Positions 16,910 to 24,872 of a stretch of 40,447 bases of DNA are shown here, piece by piece (positions within the stretch are counted from its first letter, which is position 1; each line of letters opens with the position of its first letter). The position numbers and the translations under genes are program-made. The stretch comes from a virus: the IMG/VR virus record IMGVR_UViG_3300050505_000427, one strand, 5' to 3'. The notes beneath the pieces are model-generated. The model had not been told where the DNA came from. It ran no database searches and worked only from the letters and a program-made list of their open reading frames with translations.

Positions 16910-19147
16910 GTGGCAACCAATGTTTTTAAGCAGATTAATCTAGACCTGCTAACCCCAACTACCGTTGGCGATGACCTCGGCAATCACACTGCTACGCAAG
17001 ACTTCCATCTAGACGGCAACGCGGTACGGACAGACGAAGCTGATGGCGCTAGCGCAATCGGGTTCCAATTCCAGACTGATAATGCCCTCGTGACAGACGG
17101 TAGCATCTTGCTACAGCTTAATAACATGAGTGATCTTTTTCTACAGGCTCGCCGTGGCAGCAGCGACGCGACCTCTTATTGGAGCGCCGATGACAACATA
17201 ATTGAGCTTGCTAGTAAAACCGGGACTATTCAGGGCTTTATTATCCCAACCGATGACCAGGGATTAATAATCGGGAACATCGCAGATCTCAATCTCACGT
17301 TTGCTAATGCAAGCGCGGATCAAAGTTACTATGGCGCCTTTACCTCTCAGCCTTTTGTATCCCAGCTAGATATTACCGCTAATAAAAGTGGCGTATCCGC
17401 GGGAATGCACGTCGATGTAAGTGGAACCTACGGACAGGTCAGTCTCACCGGAGATCAGCTCCAAGTAGGATTCAATATCGTAACACTGCAACCAACGGGC
17501 ACGACTGCTGATAAAGATCGCCTTCAGGATTTAGTGTCTGCCGTGCACTCTTCTGGTGGCGGTATCATTCAACTCTCGCAAGGTCTTTATGATTTAGACG
17601 ATGGGGTTGTTTTTAGCAGCATCAATAACGTAACGATTCGCGGCGCAGGACGCGCCACACGCCTTACCGCTACCGGCGGTGGAACCGGGGCTATGATCGA
17701 GTTTGCCGGTACTAGCGACCTTGTCGACCAGCCTTTAAATAATTTTAGTCGCGGCGCGACCAGCGTGTTTACCACGACAGCAGCTGCAGCGGGACAAGTA
17801 GGCACCGGCGATACTCTTTTTATTGTAGGTACCGATAGTGTGACAGGGTATAAAGAAGGCTTTACGGCTCGTGCATCGGCTAATGGTAATGGGGGGACGG
17901 GCGAGATCACTTTGGTAAACCCCGCTCCGATGGGCTTTACCGGAGGATTGCTAGATAATCCTAGTGCAAACAAATTTAATCGCTTAGAGAATTTACAGCT
18001 AGAGCCCGCAGGCACCTACGAACAAATTATCTTAGCGCGCTACAGCGATCATCTAGAGATTAGGGATCTCAATATTGAAGGCGAAGACGTGGCTCTCACA
18101 GGGACCGCTACTGATGGCATTAGCATGGTAGCTACTTTTGACACTCTCATAGAACGCGTTACCATTTCGAATCTAGACGGCTGTCGTGCGATAGCTTGCC
18201 GAGCGGCGATGACTCCTATTGTTCGTGGATGCAAGATCTATTCTAACAACAATAGCAGCACAGGCACGACCCCACAGGCCGCGATTCTCTTAGGTGTCAA
18301 TGCATATGGAGGTCTTGTAGAAGGAAACTTTATCCAAGGCGGCAAAGGAGATGGTGCAATCGTACTGGATGCCGGCGCGCACAATGTAACGCGCACTAGG
18401 GTTAGAGACAATGAAATTCTCTATCGCCCCACCGGACAGGGCATTCAAGTTAACGGCGGCTACCAAAATAGCGTTGAAGGCAACGACATTCGCAGTTGTA
18501 TCAGCGGGTCAAGCGGCTTCGGAATCTTGGCGAACATGAAAGATGGTTCTGCCTGCGATAACACAATTGTGGATTGCTCATGGGGAATTGTCAGCAATAT
18601 CTCGGGTGGAAATAACGTCCGCATCAATGATAATACATTAGAGCGTATTGACCAGCAAGGAATTTATTTGAACAATGGAGCGGATAGCGCAATCTGTGGA
18701 AACGATATCCGAACAGTAAACAACAGCGATGCTATCGGTATCGATAATAGCCAACGGGTAAGTTGTGTTGGTAACACCGTTAACTTTGCTCCACGCGGCA
18801 TTCGCGTTTATGATGATAGCGATGACGTGACCGTAAACGGTAACACGGTATTTGATACCACAAGCGGCATATGGGTTGATGGTAGCGCGACGGTCCCGAC
18901 TAACGTTGTAATCGTGGGTAACCTCGTGAGAACGGCTACCACCGGCATTCGCCTGAGCGCCTGTCAGGACTGCGCTGTGACTAGCAATCGCGTAGACAAC
19001 GCCACTACTGGCATTAAACTGGAAGACAATACCGGAGTTTGCGATAACAACCTTGTCGACCATAATAATATTCGTAGTAACATTACGCCTCTATCCGATA
19101 CCTCTACCGGCGTGAATAATCAGAAGCTTAGCAACCTAGTTGCCTAG
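16910..19147 (+). CDS. Tailspike/depolymerase with a right-handed parallel beta-helix (pectate-lyase fold)
   Basis: GGGIIQLSQGLYDLDDGVVFSSINNVTIRGAG is followed by many GN-I/V-containing repeats (NTIVDCSWGIVSN, GNDIRT, GNTVN, GNLVR, SNRVDN). GTG start after GGAG. Confidence 0.8.
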   Translation: MATNVFKQINLDLLTPTTVGDDLGNHTATQDFHLDGNAVRTDEADGASAIGFQFQTDNALVTDGSILLQLNNMSDLFLQARRGSSDATSYWSADDNIIELASKTGTIQGFIIPTDDQGLIIGNIADLNLTFANASADQSYYGAFTSQPFVSQLDITANKSGVSAGMHVDVSGTYGQVSLTGDQLQVGFNIVTLQPTGTTADKDRLQDLVSAVHSSGGGIIQLSQGLYDLDDGVVFSSINNVTIRGAGRATRLTATGGGTGAMIEFAGTSDLVDQPLNNFSRGATSVFTTTAAAAGQVGTGDTLFIVGTDSVTGYKEGFTARASANGNGGTGEITLVNPAPMGFTGGLLDNPSANKFNRLENLQLEPAGTYEQIILARYSDHLEIRDLNIEGEDVALTGTATDGISMVATFDTLIERVTISNLDGCRAIACRAAMTPIVRGCKIYSNNNSSTGTTPQAAILLGVNAYGGLVEGNFIQGGKGDGAIVLDAGAHNVTRTRVRDNEILYRPTGQGIQVNGGYQNSVEGNDIRSCISGSSGFGILANMKDGSACDNTIVDCSWGIVSNISGGNNVRINDNTLERIDQQGIYLNNGADSAICGNDIRTVNNSDAIGIDNSQRVSCVGNTVNFAPRGIRVYDDSDDVTVNGNTVFDTTSGIWVDGSATVPTNVVIVGNLVRTATTGIRLSACQDCAVTSNRVDNATTGIKLEDNTGVCDNNLVDHNNIRSNITPLSDTSTGVNNQKLSNLVA

Positions 19148-19151
19148 CCAT

Positions 19152-19180
19152 TTGCATTTCTGCTATGCCTAGGCTATAAT
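19152..19180 (+). promoter_or_regulatory. Near-consensus sigma70-type promoter inside the virion module
   Basis: TTGCAT (19152-19157), 17-nt spacer, TATAAT (19175-19180). The ATG at 19189 has no Shine-Dalgarno sequence. Confidence 0.5.
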
Positions 19181-19188
19181 AGGCCTAG

Positions 19189-20493
19189 ATGTCTTCCAAT
19201 ATTCTAAAGAATCTTGATAGAATTGTTCAAATAGCCGGAGAGAATGGCGAGTTAATTGCCTCTGATTCGGGCGCCCTTAAAGTAAGCGTAGAAGGCGGTA
19301 CCGCTGGCCACGTTATCATAGATAACGCAGAGCTCGCCGTCGAGATCAGTGCAAGTGACGGCGATAATATTGCAATCGTCCGACCAGACGGCAGTAACCC
19401 ACTTTTACCTAATGCAGATGGATCCCTGAATGTAAATATAAGCGCAGCCAGTGTTACCGTTACCAATGCCGCAGGCGCGAGCGCCGTTAATGTGCAAGAC
19501 GGAGGCAACTCGTTAACCGTAGACGGTACCGTTGGTATAAGCGGAAGTGTTGCCGTAACAGGCCCCCTAACCGACGCGCAGCTTCGCGCAACTGCTGTGC
19601 CAATCAGTGCAGCGTCGCTGCCCCTTCCAAGTGGCGCAGCCACAGAATCAACTGTCTCGACCCTTCTTCTCGATAATACTTTTAAGGCGCGCATTAATGC
19701 GCTCGGGCAAAAGGGAATGGCGGCCTCAACACCTGTTGTCATTGCATCTGATCAAAGCGCTGTTCCAGCTTCCCAGTCCGGGACATGGAACATTAATAAT
19801 ATTAACGGAGCTATTAGTCTTCCAACTGGTGCCGCAACCCAAGCAACTCTCGCCACTCTCTTGCTTGACTCGACTTTTACTTCTATGTTTCCATCCTTTG
19901 GCCAGAAAGCAATGGAGGCTTCATTACCTATCGCCATTGCATCCGATCAAAGTTCGATCCCCGTCACGCAATCAGGTACTTGGAATTTGACGAATATAAG
20001 TGGGACAGTTTCGCTACCAACGGGGGCCGCCACGGCTGCTAACCAGGCCACAATGGTCACCTCTCTTAGTAATATCGATGCAGGCACGCCAGCAGCCCTT
20101 GGACAGACAACTATGAGCGCTTCGATGCCAGTAACAATCGCCTCTAATCAAACCTCACTTGCAACAACTGCTGCCTCCGCTAACCGCCAAGATACCTATA
20201 CCGGGACCGCAAATGGGACAACCATTAATGCCTCCACGGCTCCGCTTAAGGCTTTCTCCTTGCAAGTTAAGGGAACTGGTGCCGCAGCAACAAGTTGGGA
20301 TGTGCGCCTTGAGGGTAGTCTTGATAACGCCAACTTTACACAAGTCTTGCAGCACACGAATGTGGACGGAGATGGAGCCGTAAAGTTTAGTGGCGCCTCT
20401 TTATCTCCTGCGCTTTATTTTCGTAGTCGCTGCGCAGGGCTCACGCTTGGCAGCGCTACTAATATCGTCGTCACTATCCTTGGAGTCGAATAA
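19189..20493 (+). CDS. Fibre-like virion protein with three 65-aa tandem repeats
   Basis: 434 aa, rich in Ala/Ser/Thr/Gly. The repeat LP(S/T)GAAT...GQK.M..S.P..IASDQS..P..QSGTWN..NI.G..S occurs three times. Confidence 0.75.
   Translation: MSSNILKNLDRIVQIAGENGELIASDSGALKVSVEGGTAGHVIIDNAELAVEISASDGDNIAIVRPDGSNPLLPNADGSLNVNISAASVTVTNAAGASAVNVQDGGNSLTVDGTVGISGSVAVTGPLTDAQLRATAVPISAASLPLPSGAATESTVSTLLLDNTFKARINALGQKGMAASTPVVIASDQSAVPASQSGTWNINNINGAISLPTGAATQATLATLLLDSTFTSMFPSFGQKAMEASLPIAIASDQSSIPVTQSGTWNLTNISGTVSLPTGAATAANQATMVTSLSNIDAGTPAALGQTTMSASMPVTIASNQTSLATTAASANRQDTYTGTANGTTINASTAPLKAFSLQVKGTGAAATSWDVRLEGSLDNANFTQVLQHTNVDGDGAVKFSGASLSPALYFRSRCAGLTLGSATNIVVTILGVE
19624..20160 (+). repeat. 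Tandem 195-nt (65-aa) coding repeats: two full copies plus one partial copy
   Basis: Repeat starts fall at aa 146, 211 and 276 of the protein. Confidence 0.85.
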
Positions 20494-21068
20494 TGAGCAC
20501 ACAGGCCCAGCCAGTTTACTTAGTCAGTCCCAATGCAACAGAGCCAAAAACGAGGCTTGGGTTATATTTTTACCAAGCTGGCAATTTCACAGTCCAAGCG
20601 AGCGCCCACGGGGCAACTGCGGGTTTTTTCTGGCTCATTAATCCCGTTGGTTCTGCGGTACAGGTGAGAATAAAGCACATCGATTGTGTTAGCCAACTTA
20701 CTTCGGCCCTTGTAGCGACAAGTGCGCCAAGAATTACTGTTGAAAGAGTGACCTTTACAGGCACAGCTAGTGGGGCAAGCGTTACGCCGGCGAAACAGTT
20801 CTCAACAGATGCTGCTAATGTCAGCTCTCTACGGACTGCCTCAACGGGGCTATCCTTAAGTGCCGGCGCGGCCGCATTTGCTTTCCTCCCTATTGCCAGT
20901 GCAACAGCGGTTGGCTATAATCCCGCGACTTTTATTAGTATGGATAATGCCGCAACAGATGCTCTTGTCCTTACTGCCGGCGAAGGAATCGTCATGCGGC
21001 AACCAGATGCAGGCACTGCTAGCGATACGAGAAAGCTTACCTTTAATATTATAGTGGAAGAGCTGTAA
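20493..21068 (+). CDS. Hypothetical virion-module protein
   Basis: 191-aa ORF with a TAATG overlap with the fibre gene. Confidence 0.65.
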   Translation: MSTQAQPVYLVSPNATEPKTRLGLYFYQAGNFTVQASAHGATAGFFWLINPVGSAVQVRIKHIDCVSQLTSALVATSAPRITVERVTFTGTASGASVTPAKQFSTDAANVSSLRTASTGLSLSAGAAAFAFLPIASATAVGYNPATFISMDNAATDALVLTAGEGIVMRQPDAGTASDTRKLTFNIIVEEL

Positions 21069-21070
21069 AG

Positions 21071-21217
21071 ATGGCTAAGATTATCCTACTCAAGCCAAAT
21101 GCAAAGAAGATTCGCCGCTACGGCTGGAAAGATCGCCTGCGTCGCAACAGCAAGCCAATAGGCTTGCTTCGAAGACTTTGGCGGTTCCTCACCGGAAAAC
21201 GACTTAACTTGCGCTAG
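21071..21217 (+). CDS. Possible very basic 48-aa protein
   Basis: MAKIILLKPNAKKIRRYGWKDRLRRNSKPIGLLRRLWRFLTGKRLNLR, with 17 of 48 residues Lys or Arg. Confidence 0.35.
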   Translation: MAKIILLKPNAKKIRRYGWKDRLRRNSKPIGLLRRLWRFLTGKRLNLR

Positions 21218-21387
21218 TCCTTTTCATCTCGTACGCAAAAAAGTTCTTCCGCCTCGCTATGCTGCTTCTCTTTCCGTAACGCAATCAGTAGCAGTTCTTG
21301 TTGCGTCTTCATTAGAATCTCTTTTTCACGGTCAGTTAGTGCAGCTTTTGCCGGTGCGGTTTTGCGGAGTGTCTTGAGACTATCCAT
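21214..21387 (-). CDS. Cassette ORF j (57 aa), hypothetical
   Basis: MDSLKTLRKTAPAKAALTDREKEIL... GGAG upstream. It shares a palindromic CTAG stop with the convergent plus-strand ORF. Confidence 0.45.
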   Translation of the reverse strand: MDSLKTLRKTAPAKAALTDREKEILMKTQQELLLIALRKEKQHSEAEELFCVRDEKD

Positions 21388-21598
21388 CTAGTGCTCCGTA
21401 TAGTTCTTCAAAGACCAGATAGGTGCTAGTAAGATGCTTGAGCAAGAGACCTTTACTCTCACACTTCGCAAGGAAGTCTAGGATGAAAGCGTCAAAGTCC
21501 TCGGGATCTGTCGCTAGACACCATTCATCGAGTTCCGCTCCGCGTACCGCCACTTGGATCTGATTGCGAAGCAAGTCTTTAATGTTTTGTAGGGTCAT
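21380..21598 (-). CDS. Cassette ORF i (72 aa), hypothetical
   Basis: GGGAGGA Shine-Dalgarno sequence upstream of the ATG. Confidence 0.65.
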   Translation of the reverse strand: MTLQNIKDLLRNQIQVAVRGAELDEWCLATDPEDFDAFILDFLAKCESKGLLLKHLTSTYLVFEELYGALDG

Positions 21599-21812
21599 TT
21601 TTATCCTCCCGCTTGTTTACTAAATTAAAGGCTTCGATGAGAGTCGAAGCTGCAGTTTGCATTTGAGCCTCTGAAAATCCCGCATTCCATGCTGTCTCAA
21701 CCATCAGTTGAGAAGCAACCATCCCGCATTCTTTTATAGAAAGACCGTGAGACGCGAGAAGCTTATGGATCTCGTCTACGACAGTTAAGATCATTTCAGG
21801 ATTGCGTTTCAT
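21579..21812 (-). CDS. Cassette ORF h (77 aa), hypothetical helical protein
   Basis: ORF overlapping both neighbours. Confidence 0.6.
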   Translation of the reverse strand: MKRNPEMILTVVDEIHKLLASHGLSIKECGMVASQLMVETAWNAGFSEAQMQTAASTLIEAFNLVNKREDKNDPTKH

Positions 21813-22005
21813 TTTCTTTTACCCTGTCTAGGCAATCTAGATACATATCATCTAATACCATTCTTAGTTTTTCTGGCGTTTTGAATACACGCGCCATTAA
21901 TTCTATGAGCATAGCCGACAAAATTATTCCTTGATCGCCTTCAGTCAAAAAATACTTATCGAATACCTTTTCGATACCTTTCATTGCTAGTTCCACATTT
22001 TTCAT
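21796..22005 (-). CDS. Cassette ORF g (69 aa), hypothetical helical protein
   Basis: AGGAGG Shine-Dalgarno sequence upstream. Confidence 0.65.
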   Translation of the reverse strand: MKNVELAMKGIEKVFDKYFLTEGDQGIILSAMLIELMARVFKTPEKLRMVLDDMYLDCLDRVKENETQS

Positions 22006-22013
22006 TTTTCCTC

Positions 22014-22187
22014 CTAGTGTAGGTCTATATCTTCGTCTAGTCCTTTTTTATGCATCCACTCGTCTATAAACTCGGCGCGGTTATGGATTACCCGCGGGCG
22101 CAGCCAGCGCCTCTTAACTCGCTTATAGACATCTGCTGCCCCGAAGAGGGCAAAGATGACCATTAGAATGAAGCCAACGATTTCCAT
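22014..22187 (-). CDS. Cassette ORF f (57 aa), N-terminal single-pass membrane protein
   Basis: MEIVGFILMVIFALFGAADVYKRVKRRW... Starts directly after the upstream stop. Confidence 0.45.
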   Translation of the reverse strand: MEIVGFILMVIFALFGAADVYKRVKRRWLRPRVIHNRAEFIDEWMHKKGLDEDIDLH

Positions 22188-22406
22188 TTAAAAGGGCACC
22201 TTATTACCGTCTTCATATTCCGCCGCGCATTCGCACTCATAGCAAGTAATTGGATTGCGATCCGTGGGAACAAACTCAAGACCACACTCGCGACACTTCG
22301 CAACAGTTAATTGCTTTTGGAAGCCGTCGAGACGATTATTTAAAGCCTGCAGGCCGTCGATTAGGTCATCGAGAATACGTAGTAAAATCTTAGTGTTGGT
22401 ATCCAT
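22188..22406 (-). CDS. Cassette ORF e (72 aa), zinc-ribbon protein
   Basis: CRECG...CYECEC. AAGGA Shine-Dalgarno sequence upstream. Confidence 0.65.
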   Translation of the reverse strand: MDTNTKILLRILDDLIDGLQALNNRLDGFQKQLTVAKCRECGLEFVPTDRNPITCYECECAAEYEDGNKVPF

Positions 22407-22419
22407 CTTATTTTCCTTT

Positions 22420-22581
22420 CTATAAGTCTAGCAGGTTTGCTTGCCAGTTGTCTAGAATTTCTTGCGTTCTTCGTTCAATAGCAATGGTCTCGCTAATAAT
22501 GCCATATGTTTCAATGAATTCAGCTAGCTGCATATCCTGGATCTCCGTGCAGGCTTGCTCGAATGCGCGTTCCCAAGTCAT
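22420..22581 (-). CDS. Cassette ORF d (53 aa), hypothetical
   Basis: MTWERAFEQACTEIQDMQLAEF... GGGAG upstream. ATGA overlap with ORF c. Confidence 0.5.
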   Translation of the reverse strand: MTWERAFEQACTEIQDMQLAEFIETYGIISETIAIERRTQEILDNWQANLLDL

Positions 22582-22688
22582 AAATCACTCCCGCTGAAAA
22601 GGAAGATCAATACTAGGATAGTAAAGAAGACACCCAGAAATGGAACGAGGAGCTTGTAGATAGCAAATATGGCGAGCCAGGTAAGCAT
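22578..22688 (-). CDS. Cassette ORF c (36 aa), hydrophobic single-pass peptide
   Basis: MLTWLAIFAIYKLLVPFLGVFFTILVLIFLFSGSDL. AGGAG Shine-Dalgarno sequence upstream. TAATG overlap with ORF b. Confidence 0.45.
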   Translation of the reverse strand: MLTWLAIFAIYKLLVPFLGVFFTILVLIFLFSGSDL

Positions 22689-22798
22689 TATTTTGTCTCC
22701 TGCTTCACGTAGTAGAGAAACCATCCGATGACCGCGAGGACGGGAACAGTCGCGAGTTTGAATGCGAAGGCCACAAAAGAGATTGCGATGGTAATCAT
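22688..22798 (-). CDS. Cassette ORF b (36 aa), hydrophobic single-pass peptide
   Basis: MITIAISFVAFAFKLATVPVLAVIGWFLYYVKQETK. Starts 1 nt after the stop of ORF a. Confidence 0.4.
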   Translation of the reverse strand: MITIAISFVAFAFKLATVPVLAVIGWFLYYVKQETK

Positions 22799-23188
22799 TT
22801 ATTTGCCCTTCTTAATCTTTATAGCAAGCATAGCCGCGGCTTTAAACTTGCTATATTGCCGTATAGAGCGACTGTATTTTATTGCATTACAAATCATTCG
22901 ATCTTGCTCGACCAAATATCGCTTTAAACCGTTGATTGAAAGATCATTCACCAAACTCTTTGCGATTTGCTCAATTTCACTCATTCTAACTTCCCTTTTA
23001 ATGCCTCGTGGGCTTTGTTCTAATTGATTCATTAAAAATTGCATAATCTCTTGTGGATCTTGAGTATATTGCTCATCTGCGTCTTTGGTCAATTGATACC
23101 ACAAAAACAACTCGCCATCCTCGATTACAAGCTCTGCGGGGACTTCGCCATAGCCCGTTTCAAAGAGTCCTGTTGCTAAGAGCTTCAT
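22799..23188 (-). CDS. Cassette ORF a (129 aa), hypothetical; first gene of the cassette
   Basis: The ATG at 23188 is preceded by GGAAGGA. The track ORF extends to a GTG at 23317 that has no Shine-Dalgarno sequence. Confidence 0.6.
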   Translation of the reverse strand: MKLLATGLFETGYGEVPAELVIEDGELFLWYQLTKDADEQYTQDPQEIMQFLMNQLEQSPRGIKREVRMSEIEQIAKSLVNDLSINGLKRYLVEQDRMICNAIKYSRSIRQYSKFKAAAMLAIKIKKGK

Positions 23189-23319
23189 TGTCTCGGTCCT
23201 TCCAAGATAACTATTAAGAGTCTGATTAGTGTTTCCATGTCTGTTAGAGAATGCATAAGCTGTGCCGAAAGTGGCAGTTGATTTCATTGGCGTTTTTGTG
23301 ACCCCTCGGCGCCACACTG

Positions 23320-23415
23320 GTAACGATAGTTACATGCGCGCTAGCGCCGCAGGGATAACGCTTTGATCTAGTTAGGCTTTGCCTAATTGCAACTTTAGTT
23401 ACCCTGGGGTAACAT
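23320..23415. promoter_or_regulatory. Divergent promoter/operator candidate region
   Basis: The palindromic hexamer TTGCAA (23387-23392) can serve as a -35 box in both directions. On the plus strand a 17-nt spacer leads to TAACAT (23410-23415). Inverted repeats: GTAAC-gata-GTTAC (23320-23333), TTAGGC-ttt-GCCTAA (23372-23386) and GTTACCC-tg-GGGTAAC (23398-23413). Confidence 0.45.
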
Positions 23416-23498
23416 AAGTTCCGATGGGTATGGGACAATGGTATGGGTTGGAAAGAGAAACAGCAACTCTTATGCCAATCATTATCGGTTTTTCGCTT

Positions 23499-23535
23499 GC
23501 AAGAATCATGCCAATCAAATTGGCATACATCTTGC
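23499..23535. promoter_or_regulatory. Nested 37-bp palindrome (operator or RNA hairpin)
   Basis: Outer arms are GCAAGA (23499-23504) and TCTTGC (23530-23535). Inner arms are ATGCCAAT (23508-23515) and ATTGGCAT (23519-23526). A further ATGCCAATCA copy lies at 23472-23481. Confidence 0.45.
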
Positions 23536-23677
23536 ATCATGCAATTTCTATGCCACTCCTCCTGGCAGGCCCGTTAGCGAGTGGCGATGTGGGGTTGGGG
23601 GTTCACACACTCGTATACACAAAGACTACTTTTTCATCTACTTAACACCGCATTTGCACTACTTTTTTTTAACAAAT

Positions 23678-23702
23678 ACACCCAGTGGGGCAGACTGGGT
23701 GT
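23678..23702 (+). terminator. Terminator-like hairpin upstream of the scaffold/capsid operon
   Basis: ACACCCAGT (23678-23686) pairs with ACTGGGTGT (23694-23702) around a 7-nt loop. It is followed by TTCTATT. Confidence 0.45.
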
Positions 23703-23815
23703 TTCTATTAAAAAAGGCATTATTATCGTAAAGCCGATAACAGAACTCTCCAAACGATCTCTCCCAGCTACCGCAGCAAGGTGCCGCGGCGCGGGGCGAA
23801 AAGGAGTACCAAACC

Positions 23816-24706
23816 ATGTCCACCCCCAGTCCAACACCCGCTGTCCAAGAACAACCCCCCATAGAAACCCCATCTGAGGCCCCTGCTAGCCCCAAGGTAA
23901 ATGCTGAGGGTAGCATCCCAGTCGTAGAAATGCCTAAAGAAGCTCCCAGGCGCCTTAAAGTTAAGGTTAACGGGAATGAGCAAGAAATTGAAGAGGCCGA
24001 ACTGGTAAGAGACTACCAGCTTAAACAGGCCAGCTATGCCAAGATGCAAGAAGCCGCGGAAATGAAAACTAAGCTCATGGAGATTATCCAGATCCTTAAA
24101 ACCGATCCAAAACGTGCACTTAGCCATGAAATGGTCGGCGTCGACGTCCGCAAGTTTGCCGAGCAAATCCTTGCTGAACAGCTTGAAGAAGACCTCATGG
24201 ACGATAAGGATAAAGCCCTCAGAGCGAAAGAACGCGAGCTCGAAGAGTTCCGCCAGCGGGAGGCAAAGCAAAAAGAAGCCGAGCGCCTGCAAGCCGAGGA
24301 AGCGGAAATGCAGCGGCACTTCGAAACCTATAAGAACCTGGTTAACAAGGCGGTTGCCTTGACGGGAACTCCCGGGAGTAAAACTCTTTATAATCGCATG
24401 ATTACCTATCTTCAAGCCGCAGAGCACAGTGATATCCTCCCATCTCCGGAAGAGCTTGCGCAGGCGGTTATGGAAGAAGATCGTGGGTATTTCTCGGCAG
24501 TTTCCAAGGACTTGCCTATGGAAAAGCTGGCAGCCCTATTGGGAGAAGATACTTTAAAGGCTCTCAGGAAATGGGATAGCGAACGGATTGGTAAACAGGT
24601 TGCTAAATCCCAAGAGACTGGTGAAAAGCGCCCAGCTAAGAAGACCTCTAAGAAGGGTCATAGCTGGGATGAGATGATGGAAACTCTTCGCGATAAGTAT
24701 AAATAA
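23816..24706 (+). CDS. Scaffolding protein
   Basis: 296 aa with a Pro-rich N-terminus and a highly charged coiled-coil core (EELEEFRQREAKQKEAERLQAEEAEMQ). Immediately upstream of the capsid gene. AAGGAG Shine-Dalgarno sequence. Confidence 0.7.
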   Translation: MSTPSPTPAVQEQPPIETPSEAPASPKVNAEGSIPVVEMPKEAPRRLKVKVNGNEQEIEEAELVRDYQLKQASYAKMQEAAEMKTKLMEIIQILKTDPKRALSHEMVGVDVRKFAEQILAEQLEEDLMDDKDKALRAKERELEEFRQREAKQKEAERLQAEEAEMQRHFETYKNLVNKAVALTGTPGSKTLYNRMITYLQAAEHSDILPSPEELAQAVMEEDRGYFSAVSKDLPMEKLAALLGEDTLKALRKWDSERIGKQVAKSQETGEKRPAKKTSKKGHSWDEMMETLRDKYK

Positions 24707-24737
24707 ACCGCAAACAGAATCTCCTAGACGAAATGCC

Positions 24738-24756
24738 CAGGGAGCTACGCTCCCTG
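24738..24756 (+). promoter_or_regulatory. Stem-loop CAGGGAGC/GCTCCCTG between the scaffold and capsid genes
   Basis: 8-bp stem with a 3-nt loop. It shares GGGAGC...GCTCCCTG with the hairpin at 14633. Confidence 0.4.
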
Positions 24757-24872
24757 CTAGCTGATATCGTTCCTACGCCTTAAGGAGCCGGCAATGGTGC
24801 CCCTCTCCCGCGGAGGCATAGCATATTTAACCAGCAAAATTATTAGCGGACAGAATCCGCTAGGAGAAAAAA

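Noticed and set aside
17587-19742. Long antisense or alternative-frame ORFs inside the tailspike and fibre genes (17587..18015, 18049..18234, 18638..19063, 19227..19742, 19607..19990)
   Set aside because: These are Ala/Ser/Thr/Pro-rich shadow frames. Such frames are expected opposite repetitive, GC-biased structural genes, and the sense-strand genes have clear domain signatures.
23244-23916. Several 73-98 aa ORFs on both strands in the large intergenic region
   Set aside because: They overlap one another and are Cys/His/Trp-rich or low-complexity. None has a Shine-Dalgarno sequence. The region is better explained as regulatory or structured RNA.
23768-24427. Minus-strand ORF of 219 aa
   Set aside because: It lies antisense to the scaffolding gene. 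The charged coiled-coil repeats of that gene generate an open Leu/Phe-rich reverse frame.
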